In this document: positions 1 to 9,260 of the stretch, in pieces
Position numbering within the stretch: the first letter of the stretch is position 1
Layout: each line of letters begins with the position of its first letter
NCBI GenBank assembly: GCA_039033275.1
Contig: JBCCCX010000001.1
Coordinates: forward strand, 1-53,991
DNA from: Pseudomonadota bacterium
GTDB taxonomy: Bacteria; Pseudomonadota; Alphaproteobacteria; Caulobacterales; Maricaulaceae
Direction: 5' to 3'
Length of the DNA: 53,991 bases
Position numbers and translations under genes: made by a program
Notes under the pieces: model-generated
What the model saw: only the letters and a program-made list of their open reading frames with translations
Told to the model about the DNA's origin: nothing
The model's database searches: none

Positions 1-210
1 TCCGCTCATCCCGGCGACAGGACCGCGCCAGCGCGTCCTGTCGCCGGGGTGAGCGGGGAAAAGGAGAAGAGGTTGGACAACATGCCGGTCGGGCTTGTGA
101 AGATAGGCTCCCTTCGCGCCCTTTCAGGACGCGTGTCCGTTCCGGACAGGATTTGCTTCCGGTCCGCTTTGCGGCCCGGAGACCGCTACCGCGGAAGCAA
201 ATCCGTGGGG

Positions 211-1071
211 CTAGCCTCCAAGTGGCTGCGTCGCGACCACTTTCGCGTCCTTGCGCATCCGCGTGTAGCCGTCGCGGCGCCACTTCGACAGCTCGCTGCG
301 ATCCTTGCGGAAGGCTTCCGAGCGGATGAACTCCGTACCGGAGAACTCGACCATTGTGATGACGATTTCGTCTTTCGTCACCTCGATATGGTTGAAGGCC
401 GGATTGTTGTCGCGGCGGCGCGTGGACAGCGTGCCCGACGAAATGGACAGCAGTTCGCTTCCGCCCGGCTCGCGCTCCACCACGAACGGCACGTGGATGT
501 GTCCGGACATGACGACATCGCAATTCCCGTCCGCGAGACGCCGCAGCCCTTCGGGTCCATTGTCCGTTTCCTTCTGGAGCGGGCTTTCGGGCGGGTAGAT
601 GAATGGGTGGTGGACGTTGAGGAATTTCAGCTTCCCCCAGTCGCTTTGGTCGAATTCCGCAATGATCCGGTCCAACTCCTCGAGGTTCACGACCCCGACC
701 GACCAGTCCAGCTTCATCTGCACGCCGCGGGCCGTGTTCATCGACAGGATGACCACATCGTCGTCCTCGTACCGGTCCGCGCCAAGCGGATCGATATAGT
801 CGGCATAGCGGTCGAAGGGCGCGACAACCCGGTCGATGATGCCGTACATGGGCGTATCGTGGTTGCCCGGCGTGATGACCTTGGGACCCGCCAGCCCTTC
901 GATCCAGCGTGCGGCCGCCTCGAACTCCTCTTCGGAACCGGTCTGGGTGATGTCGCCGGAGATGACCGACACATCGGGCTCTAGCGTGTCGATGGTGGCG
1001 GCGAGGCTTTTCAGGGCGGCCTCGTCCTCCACGCCGAAATGGATGTCGGCGAAATGCAGAATGGATGTCAT
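211..1071 (-). CDS. Metallophosphoesterase (Icc/CpdA-like)
   Basis: Motifs FADIHFG, SGDITQ, PGNHD, HHP, GHIH. ATG 1071 overlaps the upstream stop (ATGA). Confidence 0.85.
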   Translation of the reverse strand: MTSILHFADIHFGVEDEAALKSLAATIDTLEPDVSVISGDITQTGSEEEFEAAARWIEGLAGPKVITPGNHDTPMYGIIDRVVAPFDRYADYIDPLGADRYEDDDVVILSMNTARGVQMKLDWSVGVVNLEELDRIIAEFDQSDWGKLKFLNVHHPFIYPPESPLQKETDNGPEGLRRLADGNCDVVMSGHIHVPFVVEREPGGSELLSISSGTLSTRRRDNNPAFNHIEVTKDEIVITMVEFSGTEFIRSEAFRKDRSELSKWRRDGYTRMRKDAKVVATQPLGG

Positions 1072-2027
1072 GCGGCGGCGATCCTCGATGTAGTGTCCGT
1101 CGCGCTGGGCGAGACGTGGGATGCGGGGAAGCTTATGGCGGGCCAGGGGGCCATCACCTGTCCGCACGACTTGTCGAGCCGTACGGTCACTTCCCCGTCG
1201 AATGTATGCGGCTCGCCATCCAGCAACGCCGCGATGGGGCGGTCGGCGCGCAGGCGGAAGCTATTGGTCCTGACGGTCTCCACCGCCTCGCTCTGGCGCA
1301 GATTGCCCAGCATGGCGGCCAGCCCCAGCGACAGGGTCGTTCCGCCCGTGACAGTCTCGAACAGGGTCAGGTCCAACACGTCCGGGTCCAGTGCTTCGCC
1401 ATCCATAAACGGGCAGGTGACGTTGACCAGTTCCAGCGCCCGGCCGTCATAATCGCCATCCGTCAGGGCGAAATGGAGTGGCGGCGCGTCCGCCGTACGT
1501 TGCAGCGCCTCGACCGCGCCGCGCGCCGCTTCGACGACGCGGCCCTCGCGCAACTCCTCGCGCGCCTCGCTCATGCGGGTGGGCTTGCCGAACATAGCCC
1601 CAACCATGAAGGGGTGTTCGTCGCCCTCGGCGTCCGTCACCACGCCGGCCGTCATCGGCCGGGGCTGTGCGACGGCCAGGCCGCGCAACAGGCAGTCCTG
1701 CCAGCCGTCTGACCCGTAAAGTCCCTGCATCAGCATGTTCATGGTTCCGCCGGGCAGGGCGATGAAGGGCACGCTTTGCTCGCGCGCGATGGACGCGACG
1801 GCGGCCGCCGTCCCGTCGCCGCCATAGGATACGAGCAGGTCGCCCCCCGCCTCGCGCATCCCGTCCATCATCGTGCCCATGTCGTCGGATGTGCCGGTAA
1901 ACAGGGTTGGCCGGGCATAGCCGTAACGTTCGAACAGCGATGCCAACTGCCCGGAAAGGTCTTCCGAAGAGGAAGAGGACAGGTTCGTCAGCACGACGGG
2001 TTTTCGCAAATGGGGTCTGGAATTCAA
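1068..2027 (-). CDS. Diacylglycerol/lipid kinase family protein
   Basis: YGGDGT, LPGGTMN and LDGE motifs. Probable TTG start overlaps the cls stop (TTGA). Confidence 0.85.
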   Translation of the reverse strand: MNSRPHLRKPVVLTNLSSSSSEDLSGQLASLFERYGYARPTLFTGTSDDMGTMMDGMREAGGDLLVSYGGDGTAAAVASIAREQSVPFIALPGGTMNMLMQGLYGSDGWQDCLLRGLAVAQPRPMTAGVVTDAEGDEHPFMVGAMFGKPTRMSEAREELREGRVVEAARGAVEALQRTADAPPLHFALTDGDYDGRALELVNVTCPFMDGEALDPDVLDLTLFETVTGGTTLSLGLAAMLGNLRQSEAVETVRTNSFRLRADRPIAALLDGEPHTFDGEVTVRLDKSCGQVMAPWPAISFPASHVSPSATDTTSRIAAA

Positions 2028-3487
2028 AGCAAAGGGCTCGCAAGTCGCAGGAGGTTCTCTTTCCAACGGAGAAAGGCCCCGCGCTGTTCCCACTTCTGCG
2101 GATCGAGCATTTCGGAGTCTGCCACATAGCTTTCGATGAGCTTGCCGATCTCGGCGGCGAATTCCGTATCGTAGACGCACAGGGTCATTTCGAGATTGAG
2201 GTAGAAACTGCGCATATCGACATTGGCCGTCCCGATCAGCGTCATCTGGTCGTCCACATGGACCAGCTTGGTGTGCAGCATGCCGCCGGTGAAGCGGTGG
2301 ATCTCGATTCCGGCACCGGACAGGCTGTCAAAGGTCGCCTCGCCGGCATGGCGCGCCATGATGGAATCGACACGCCGCGGCACGATGAGCCGCACGCTCA
2401 CACCGCGATGAGCGGCATTGACGAGCGCGAGCTGGATGGTCTCGTCGGGCACGAAATAAGGCGTGACGATCGTGACGCTGCGGCGTGCACCGAAGATGGC
2501 GGCCGTGATGAGTTCGTGAATGACGGAGCGCTGCATCTCCGGACCCGAAGGTACGAGCTGCATCGCCACGCCGTCTTCGTATTCCGGGGCGTCGTCGCCA
2601 TCGTCCGACAGCTCGGCCAAGTCCTCGTCCGTATAGTCCAGGCCCTGGCTGTCGAAGATATAGTCTGTGTTGAAGACGGTGGAGAGTGAGGACACGATAT
2701 GGCCCTCCAGCCGCAGCATCACGTCGACCCACTCGCCATAGCCCTGTCCCTGCTTGAACTTGACAGGATCGGTTAGGTTGAAGCTGCCCGTATAGCCGAT
2801 CTCCTGGTCGATCACGATGAGCTTGCGGTGGTTGCGCAGATCCGTGCGCTTGGAGAACGCCTTGACAGGATTGACCGACAGCGAGTGGACGACATCCACG
2901 CCGGCCGCGACGAGGCGTTCATCCCAGTCCGAGCGGAAGAAAGGGCGCCCGCCGAAATCGTCCACCATGAGGCGCGTATCCACGCCCCGCCCGGCCGCGC
3001 GTTCCAGCGCCTCGAGCACGTCGACGATCAGCCCTTGCGGATCGACGATGTAGAATTCGAAATAGACGCTGTCCTGTGCGGCATCGATATCTTGCACGAT
3101 CGCCTCGATCAGGGGCGGGGCCGCCGTGTAAAGCCTATAGCGATTGCCCGCGGCGGGAAAGAAGCCCGTCTGGATCGACAGCATCCAGGACAGTTCCTGG
3201 AAATAGTCGTCCACGGGCAGTTCCTCGCGCGCGACCCGGCGCCTGCCAATGCCGAAGTCTCGTTGGTAGAACTGTCGGATCGCCCAGCCCGTCCGCATGC
3301 GCTTGCGGCCCAGCGACTGGTTGCCGAAAAGGAAGTAGAGCACGGGCCCAACGATCGGCAGTACGGCCAGCACGATGATCCAGGACAGTGTCGTGGCGAC
3401 GTTCAGGCGGCGCCCGATGATCATGACCGCCAGGCCGACCGTGACAAGAATGTGCAGCAGCGTCAAAAACGGGCTGGTCGCCAGCAT
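2024..3487 (-). CDS. cls: Cardiolipin synthase
   Basis: Two N-terminal TM helices and two HKD motifs (RNHRKLIVID, LHTKLVHVD). Confidence 0.93.
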   Translation of the reverse strand: MLATSPFLTLLHILVTVGLAVMIIGRRLNVATTLSWIIVLAVLPIVGPVLYFLFGNQSLGRKRMRTGWAIRQFYQRDFGIGRRRVAREELPVDDYFQELSWMLSIQTGFFPAAGNRYRLYTAAPPLIEAIVQDIDAAQDSVYFEFYIVDPQGLIVDVLEALERAAGRGVDTRLMVDDFGGRPFFRSDWDERLVAAGVDVVHSLSVNPVKAFSKRTDLRNHRKLIVIDQEIGYTGSFNLTDPVKFKQGQGYGEWVDVMLRLEGHIVSSLSTVFNTDYIFDSQGLDYTDEDLAELSDDGDDAPEYEDGVAMQLVPSGPEMQRSVIHELITAAIFGARRSVTIVTPYFVPDETIQLALVNAAHRGVSVRLIVPRRVDSIMARHAGEATFDSLSGAGIEIHRFTGGMLHTKLVHVDDQMTLIGTANVDMRSFYLNLEMTLCVYDTEFAAEIGKLIESYVADSEMLDPQKWEQRGAFLRWKENLLRLASPLL

Positions 3488-3541
3488 ATGTCTTTTCCCA
3501 ACCCTCTTTCGGCCCTACGCACGGCCATCCGGCTCATTCGG

Positions 3542-3566
3542 AACGGCTGGCCGCGTGCCGGGTTCC
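3542..3566 (-). promoter_or_regulatory. EcfG/SigT-type promoter for the cls operon
   Basis: GGAAC-N16-CGTT on the minus strand, 54 nt before the cls ATG. An overlapping plus-strand GGAAC-N16-GGTT (3540-3564) faces the EEP gene. Confidence 0.65.
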
Positions 3567-3647
3567 TGCTAATTGGGCGCAGCCAGCCTGTCCCGACAAG
3601 GCGGCAGTCCGGACTGGGCAGGAAATAGAGCGAAGGCGAACATAGCG

Positions 3648-4427
3648 ATGAGCCAGACCATTTCCGTCCTGTCTTACAATATCCAGGCCGGCATCGGGAC
3701 GCAGCGTGCCCATCATTATGTCACGCGTGCCCACCATCAGCTGATGTCCACCAAGGCCAAGCGCCAGCGCCTGCGCTCTATCGGCAAGTTCGTCGCGGGC
3801 TTCGACGTGGTCTGCCTGCAGGAGGTCGATCCGGGCGGGCGGCGTGCGGGCTTCCAGAATCAGGGCGAGCTCTTGCGCGAAACGAGCCGTCATCCCTACC
3901 ACGTCCATCAGGAGAACCGGTCGGTTCGCGCCATCTCCCGGCACGGCAACGCCATATTGAGCCGCGTGCCGATCAAGAATTGCGAGGATCTGAAGCTGCC
4001 CGGACGCATCGGCGGGCGCGGCGCGCTCGTCGTGGAGCTGGATATGGAGCCATCCACGGTCGTGGCCTGCGTGCACCTGTCGCTGGGGCCCGACGACCAG
4101 ACCGAGCAGCTGGAGTTTCTGGCCGACCACCTGAACCTCCCGCGCTACGGCCGGGCACGGTCCATCGTCTGCGGGGACATGAACTGTCCGGCCCAGTCCG
4201 CGCCGCTCAACCGCTTTCGCGAAATGACGGGGCTGCGCGTGCTCACGTCCGGCCAGCACAAGACATTCCCCAGCTGGTCGCCGCGGCTTGGCCTCGACCA
4301 CATATTGACGGATGATGGCCGCTCTTCCCACCAGGTCCAGGTCGAGGAGGCGTCCTTCTCGGACCACCTGCCCGTCTCGGCCGAATTCCGCGTCGCCGCC
4401 GTGCAGCGGCCTCCGCGCATCGAGTAG
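3648..4427 (+). CDS. Endonuclease/exonuclease/phosphatase family protein (YbhP-like)
   Basis: SYNI, LQEV, GNAILS, HLSL, GDMN, LDHI and SDHLPV motifs. Confidence 0.88.
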   Translation: MSQTISVLSYNIQAGIGTQRAHHYVTRAHHQLMSTKAKRQRLRSIGKFVAGFDVVCLQEVDPGGRRAGFQNQGELLRETSRHPYHVHQENRSVRAISRHGNAILSRVPIKNCEDLKLPGRIGGRGALVVELDMEPSTVVACVHLSLGPDDQTEQLEFLADHLNLPRYGRARSIVCGDMNCPAQSAPLNRFREMTGLRVLTSGQHKTFPSWSPRLGLDHILTDDGRSSHQVQVEEASFSDHLPVSAEFRVAAVQRPPRIE

Positions 4428-4436
4428 GGCCGGGTC

Positions 4437-5039
4437 TTATCCGATGATTTCGTAGTCGATGGGCTTGTAGGCGAAATTGTTGCTCTGCCCGGCGGAACAC
4501 GCCGTCATGGCAACGATCAGGTCCATTTTCGCCTCGAACTCCACACTGTCTCCGGCGCGGCTCTTGGGTGGCAGGACGCGAATCTCCCCCGTCTTCGAAT
4601 CGACATCCACATGCATGAACACGTTGAAGGCGATCGGCACGCGGTCCGGCCCTATCCCGTAAGGGGCGAGCGCGGCTTCCAGATTGCCTTGGCATCCGGG
4701 CAGGATCGGATGGTCGTCATAGAGGATGCGGAACGTGTCGCGCGAACACGGTGTCAGCGTGAAGTCGTGGCGTCCCACATCGTCGCGACCGATCTCGAAC
4801 ATCGGGTTGGAGCGGTTGGAGTAGAGCAGGTCGCCCGTGGAGAGGAACATGCGCGATGCGTAGTCGATCGACCGGCCGGACGAGAGGTATTCCTCAGGGT
4901 CATGGGCGTTGAAGGCGACGAGGTCGGAGACTTGCTGACCTTCCGGATCGGTCACGCGCAGGAGTTCGCCGCGCTTGAGCTCGAACGCCGTGCCGCTCTT
5001 GGGCGCGATGCGCTCCAGCGTCGTGGAGGCGGCGCTCAC
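4437..5039 (-). CDS. DUF1989 / urea-carboxylase-associated family protein (YcgI-like)
   Basis: DPEGQQVSD, GRHDF..TPC, GCQGN, FNVFM and TACS motifs. GTGA overlap with the upstream gene. Confidence 0.85.
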   Translation of the reverse strand: MSAASTTLERIAPKSGTAFELKRGELLRVTDPEGQQVSDLVAFNAHDPEEYLSSGRSIDYASRMFLSTGDLLYSNRSNPMFEIGRDDVGRHDFTLTPCSRDTFRILYDDHPILPGCQGNLEAALAPYGIGPDRVPIAFNVFMHVDVDSKTGEIRVLPPKSRAGDSVEFEAKMDLIVAMTACSAGQSNNFAYKPIDYEIIG

Positions 5040-5767
5040 TCGGCTGCCTCAATGAACGGCTCGGGCCTAACCGGCAGGTCGACGGCCTGTCGGGCCGTGA
5101 ACGGGCAGGACCAGTCGTCCCCAACCCTGCGGCCGCTATATTGGGCCGCCTCAGAGCCCTGGCCGAAGTCCTTGAGCATCGGATTGATCGATCCTGCCAG
5201 CGCTTCGTCGCGCTCGCGGATGATGCGCTTCATCTGGTCGTAGCGGCCATCCGCGCGCAGGGCCTCGAACTGGGCGTTGGAGTTGAAGACGAGCGCCGCG
5301 TGGTCGAACCGGCGTGCGGGCCGGGACGCGCCCGGATGCAGCCCGATGACGAAGAAGCTTTCTCCCGCGACAGATAGGGAGAAATTGTTGGATGCCGGAT
5401 CGTTCGACGTGTCGTCGGACCAGCGCTGGCCCATCTGCGTGTCGACGTAATGCAGTCCCTGCAGCCGGCTCCATAGAGCGTGCTCGAAGCCTGTTTCGGA
5501 CAAAGGCGGCGTGTCGGGGAAGATGACGACGAAGGACTGCACCACCATGCAGCCGGGTTCCAGCCGCTCCGCGAAATCCGAGAGGGCGAGCCATAGGGCG
5601 AGGTCATCGGCATTGGACTGCAGATTGCCCAGGGTCTTGGTCTCCAGCGCGCCGCGCACAAGGGCCGCCTTCGCGCCCACGCAAGGAAAGGCCTTGTCGT
5701 GGACGAATGTCTCGAAGCGGCTTTGCGCCCTGTTGTTCTCTTGCTGGCTTCGATGCGGGCAGGGCAA
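5036..5767 (-). CDS. YqcI/YcgG family heme-dependent N-hydroxylase (GntA/DcsA-like)
   Basis: FPCVGAK, FSLS..GESFFVIGLHP..SR.AR and EA.QYSGR motifs. AGGAG SD before a TTG start. Confidence 0.82.
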   Translation of the reverse strand: MPCPHRSQQENNRAQSRFETFVHDKAFPCVGAKAALVRGALETKTLGNLQSNADDLALWLALSDFAERLEPGCMVVQSFVVIFPDTPPLSETGFEHALWSRLQGLHYVDTQMGQRWSDDTSNDPASNNFSLSVAGESFFVIGLHPGASRPARRFDHAALVFNSNAQFEALRADGRYDQMKRIIRERDEALAGSINPMLKDFGQGSEAAQYSGRRVGDDWSCPFTARQAVDLPVRPEPFIEAAE

Positions 5768-5828
5768 TGGAGGTTCTCCTTAGGATCGTTTCGGTAACGA
5801 TCCATTTTCGGCGTGTCGGGAGTCTACC

Positions 5829-5854
5829 TACGGGAACATTCATCAAACCGTTCC
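5829..5854 (-). promoter_or_regulatory. ECF (EcfG-like) promoter candidate for the YqcI/YcgG-DUF1989 pair
   Basis: GGAAC-N17-CGTA on the minus strand; one mismatch to CGTT. Confidence 0.45.
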
Positions 5855-6223
5855 AAAAAGGCTTATATGGGCCGAGTCCGTATGCTGTGAGCAAGCTTCC
5901 TGATGCTGGTGCGAAAGAGAACGCTTGAAAGCTAATTCCGCCAGATGGTCCCATCCCATGGATATCGTCGCATCCAAAAATCAAAGCGGGCCCAGCTTTC
6001 GCCAGGCCCGCAATAGTGAGAACTCGCAAGGGAACGGGGAAGGCCAAAACGAGTCCCGTATCAGCTAGCGTCGCCACTTTCGACATAACTGATGCCCCGA
6101 CCCTATCGTCCGGGTGGAATCGGGACCATAACCACGGCTACGGCTTTTCATCTAAATTGGCGCAAACGCGCGACAAACACGGCCAAACTCACTTCTTTTT
6201 ATTCTGGATATAGAATTTTGACT

Positions 6224-6281
6224 TCGCACTTAACCATGAGCACAAATTCTTTGCAGAGAGATTATCATTAGTTAAGTGCGA
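6224..6281. repeat. 11-bp perfect inverted repeat upstream of Crp paralogue 1 (candidate operator pair)
   Basis: TCGCACTTAAC (6224-6234) and GTTAAGTGCGA (6271-6281), 36-bp spacer, in AT-rich intergenic DNA. Confidence 0.6.
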
Positions 6282-6420
6282 CCTGGTTTTAATCTGCTAA
6301 AAGAAGGGGAACGGCAGGGATCCTATATTGGGTCTGCCAAACGGGAAAACTCGGATCACACCCTCTGGACGGACATCGCGGGCCGCGGTGCAGGGGTTGG
6401 GTGCGGGCACGAAGACGATC

Positions 6421-7194
6421 ATGGCCACAACACGACAAAGCCTCGCCAACACCCTTGTGGAGCCCGCCTCCTTCCGCAAGCTCGCCGCCCTTTCCGACAT
6501 ATCCAGGGACGATCTCCAGTCCCTGTCTTCCATTCCCTACAACGACCTGACGGTTGCGCGGAACCGCTCGCTGGTGGACCATGTCAACGACCCGCTGAAA
6601 TGCTTCATCGTCGCGACCGGCTGGGCCTACTCCTTCGCCGTCATGCCGAACGGGCGGCGGCAGGTCTTCCAAATCTACCAGGAAGGCGATTTGATCGGGT
6701 TCGAGGACCTGATGTTCAAGCGCAACGTCTTTTCGGTCAACGCCATCACCAATTGCCGCCTCGCCAATGTGGCGACGGAGCAGATGCGGGCCTTCCTGGC
6801 GCGCAATGTGCGCCTGTCCTCATACCTCTACGCCATGAGCAACCTGAACCAGATCGTCCTTATGGACCGGATGCAGGTGATCGCGCGACTGGAGCCGAAG
6901 CCGCGCATGGCTCATTTCCTTATGGAGATCATGAGCCGCACCCGTGTCACGTCGGAATTCCACAATGGCCGGCGCGCCAACTCCATGGTCTTTAACCTGC
7001 CGATGCGCCAGGGACTGATCGCAGACTGCATCGGCATGAGCGCCGTGCACGTGTCGCGCACCCTGTCCTGGTTCGTGGATGAAAAGATCATCTCCCGGCC
7101 GGCGCGCCATATTTTCGAGGTCCATGAAGAAGAGAGGCTGCGCGAGATGAGCGGCTTCAAGAATCGTTACGAGACGGTTGCTCGCATGGCGTGA
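6421..7194 (+). CDS. Crp/Fnr family regulator (paralogue 1)
   Basis: cNMP-fold GWA..GRRQV..GDLIG; HTH LPMRQ..IADCIGMSAVHVSR. Confidence 0.9.
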   Translation: MATTRQSLANTLVEPASFRKLAALSDISRDDLQSLSSIPYNDLTVARNRSLVDHVNDPLKCFIVATGWAYSFAVMPNGRRQVFQIYQEGDLIGFEDLMFKRNVFSVNAITNCRLANVATEQMRAFLARNVRLSSYLYAMSNLNQIVLMDRMQVIARLEPKPRMAHFLMEIMSRTRVTSEFHNGRRANSMVFNLPMRQGLIADCIGMSAVHVSRTLSWFVDEKIISRPARHIFEVHEEERLREMSGFKNRYETVARMA

Positions 7195-7256
7195 CCGCAC
7201 CGGAGTCATTCCCACAACCTCCGTAAAGGGTGCAAGAAAGCTTCATAAAATACGTG

Positions 7257-7270
7257 TTGATCTGAATTAA
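7257..7270. promoter_or_regulatory. FNR/FixK-like box upstream of Crp paralogue 2
   Basis: TTGAT-CTGA-ATTAA; one mismatch to TTGAT-N4-ATCAA. Confidence 0.4.
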
Positions 7271-7415
7271 AGTGCGACAATAGCTAACTGCAAGCAATTT
7301 GCGAGCCTTAACGTGTTATAACGACAGCGGGGGGACTTTGTTCCTAAGGAAGAACTATTGGCGGATGCCGTTCGGGCGGGACGGGTCCCAGGGGATTTGA
7401 AAAGAACAGACCATA

Positions 7416-8183
7416 ATGCATCCGTTCATCCGTAAGATATCCAACTTCGCCGACATCGCGCCGGCCGAAGCCGACATGCTGCTCGACCTTTTCAGCCACG
7501 ACAAGGCTTTCGAAGACGGCGACGCGGTATTCGAGGAGGGCGAGGAGCAATCGACCTTCTACGTGGTGCTCGAAGGTTGGTTCTACTCCTATGCTATTCT
7601 GCCCGACGGGTCGCGTCAGATACACGATGTCTATCATGCTGGAGACGTGATCGGTCTCGACCATCTGTCCTGGTCCATTTCGACCATGTCCGTTTCCGCC
7701 GCATCCAATGGCCGCCTGGCCGTCGCCCCGCTGCTGCCGGCCCGGCGGATGATGTTCCGCAACCCCCATCTGTCGGCAATCTTCTACAGCCTACATATGT
7801 TGACGAATGTCCAGCTGCTCGACCGGATCACGGCCGTGGCACGCCTGGCCGCCTATGAAAGCCTCGCCTACTTCATCTCGGACGCGATTGCGCGCCGCAG
7901 GGTCATGGACTCGGATTATCCTTCGGAACTCTACCTACCTCTGTCGCAGAAATTCATCGCCGACTGTCTCGGCCTCTCGGCCGTCCATGTGTCGCGGCAG
8001 TTCAACAAGCTGATCGAGAACAAGCTGTTGCGGCGTTTGTCGCGCTCCTCTATCCAGATCCTCGACGAAGACCGGCTTCGCAAGATTGGGGACTATAATG
8101 ACCGGTACGCCAATCTCGACCGCCAGCGCTTCGAGCGCGAGCTGGGGCGCGCCCTTGCCGACCAGAATCTACCGGCTGAATAG
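7416..8183 (+). CDS. Crp/Fnr family regulator (paralogue 2)
   Basis: EGWF..DGSRQI..GDVIG; HTH LPLSQ..IADCLGLSAVHVSR. Confidence 0.9.
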   Translation: MHPFIRKISNFADIAPAEADMLLDLFSHDKAFEDGDAVFEEGEEQSTFYVVLEGWFYSYAILPDGSRQIHDVYHAGDVIGLDHLSWSISTMSVSAASNGRLAVAPLLPARRMMFRNPHLSAIFYSLHMLTNVQLLDRITAVARLAAYESLAYFISDAIARRRVMDSDYPSELYLPLSQKFIADCLGLSAVHVSRQFNKLIENKLLRRLSRSSIQILDEDRLRKIGDYNDRYANLDRQRFERELGRALADQNLPAE

Positions 8184-8210
8184 GATCGCTTCCATTAGGT
8201 TCATCGGGTT

Positions 8211-9260
8211 GTGACGGCCCCGCGCGACATCATGCTCGACTCCGAGCATCCCGATCTTAACATGGACATGAGCGGTTTCTTCCGTGCCACGTCCATCTCC
8301 TTCGTCGTGGCCGATCCCAACCGTCCCGACACACCTATCGTCTATGTCAACCGCGCTTTCGAGCTGACCACAGGCTACTCGCACCGTTTCGTGGTGGGGC
8401 GGAATTGCCGTTTCCTCCAAGGGCCGGACACCGATCCGGAAGCGGTCAAGAACATCGCCATCGCCCTGTCACGCAAGGAGGGCGTGCGCCAGAAGATCCT
8501 GAACTACCGGGCAGACGGATCCACATTCATCAACGATCTCGTCATCACCCCCATCAAGGATGCAGACGGGAAAGTGGCCTATTTCGTCGGGGTGCAGCGC
8601 GAGCTGAGTTCCACCGAGGAGGCCAATGAAGACGAACTGCGCCGCCGCACGGTCGATATTGTGCGCCAGCAAGTGCAGATCCACTTGTCAGTGGTGATGG
8701 AGATGTCCCGCATTCACGCCGAGGACGGCGACGATGACGGGCCGGTCGATTTCGTCAGCCTCTTGCGGCGTCTCGAAATCCTCGATCTTCTTTACGAGAA
8801 CCTGAACGAATCGTCGTTGCGCGACGAGCTGCTCGATGCCGGCGCCTATGTCAGCCAGATCGCCGCCAAGCTTGTCGCCAAGAGCCCGCAGCCCGGCGTT
8901 CGCATCAACATATCCACGGAACCCGCCGTCGTGCCGCTCGACATCGCCGTGCGGTTGGGTGTGGTCTTGGCGGAGTTGCTGGACGCTTCGCTCACCACCT
9001 CATTCAATGGTCTGGACTCAGGCCAGTTGGAAGTCATCCTGCGCAATGACGGCGATCGTGTGAAACTGTCAGTCTATGATGATGGGCACGGCGACCCGAG
9101 TGCGTCGGACTGGCTGGATTCCGGCGATCTAACCCTCAGGGTGATCCGGCGCCTGCTGAACGATATGGACGCCGAGATCGAAGCCCCCGAAGTTGATCAG
9201 GGGCGGGAGATCAACGTCATCGTGCCGATTGGGCCGAAGGTGCCGGAGCGGAAGCGCTAG
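8211..9260 (+). CDS. LOV blue-light sensor with degenerate HisKA_2/HWE-like kinase domain
   Basis: Canonical GRNCRFLQG LOV motif, NYRADG and FVGVQ; C-terminal VYDDGHG box. Start uncertain (8211 GTG or a later ATG). Confidence 0.9.
   Translation: MTAPRDIMLDSEHPDLNMDMSGFFRATSISFVVADPNRPDTPIVYVNRAFELTTGYSHRFVVGRNCRFLQGPDTDPEAVKNIAIALSRKEGVRQKILNYRADGSTFINDLVITPIKDADGKVAYFVGVQRELSSTEEANEDELRRRTVDIVRQQVQIHLSVVMEMSRIHAEDGDDDGPVDFVSLLRRLEILDLLYENLNESSLRDELLDAGAYVSQIAAKLVAKSPQPGVRINISTEPAVVPLDIAVRLGVVLAELLDASLTTSFNGLDSGQLEVILRNDGDRVKLSVYDDGHGDPSASDWLDSGDLTLRVIRRLLNDMDAEIEAPEVDQGREINVIVPIGPKVPERKR

Noticed and set aside
5770-5830. Guanidine riboswitch upstream of the YqcI/YcgG-DUF1989 pair
   Set aside because: Only one hairpin, with loop ACCGA; no twin ACGR loops or class I motifs.
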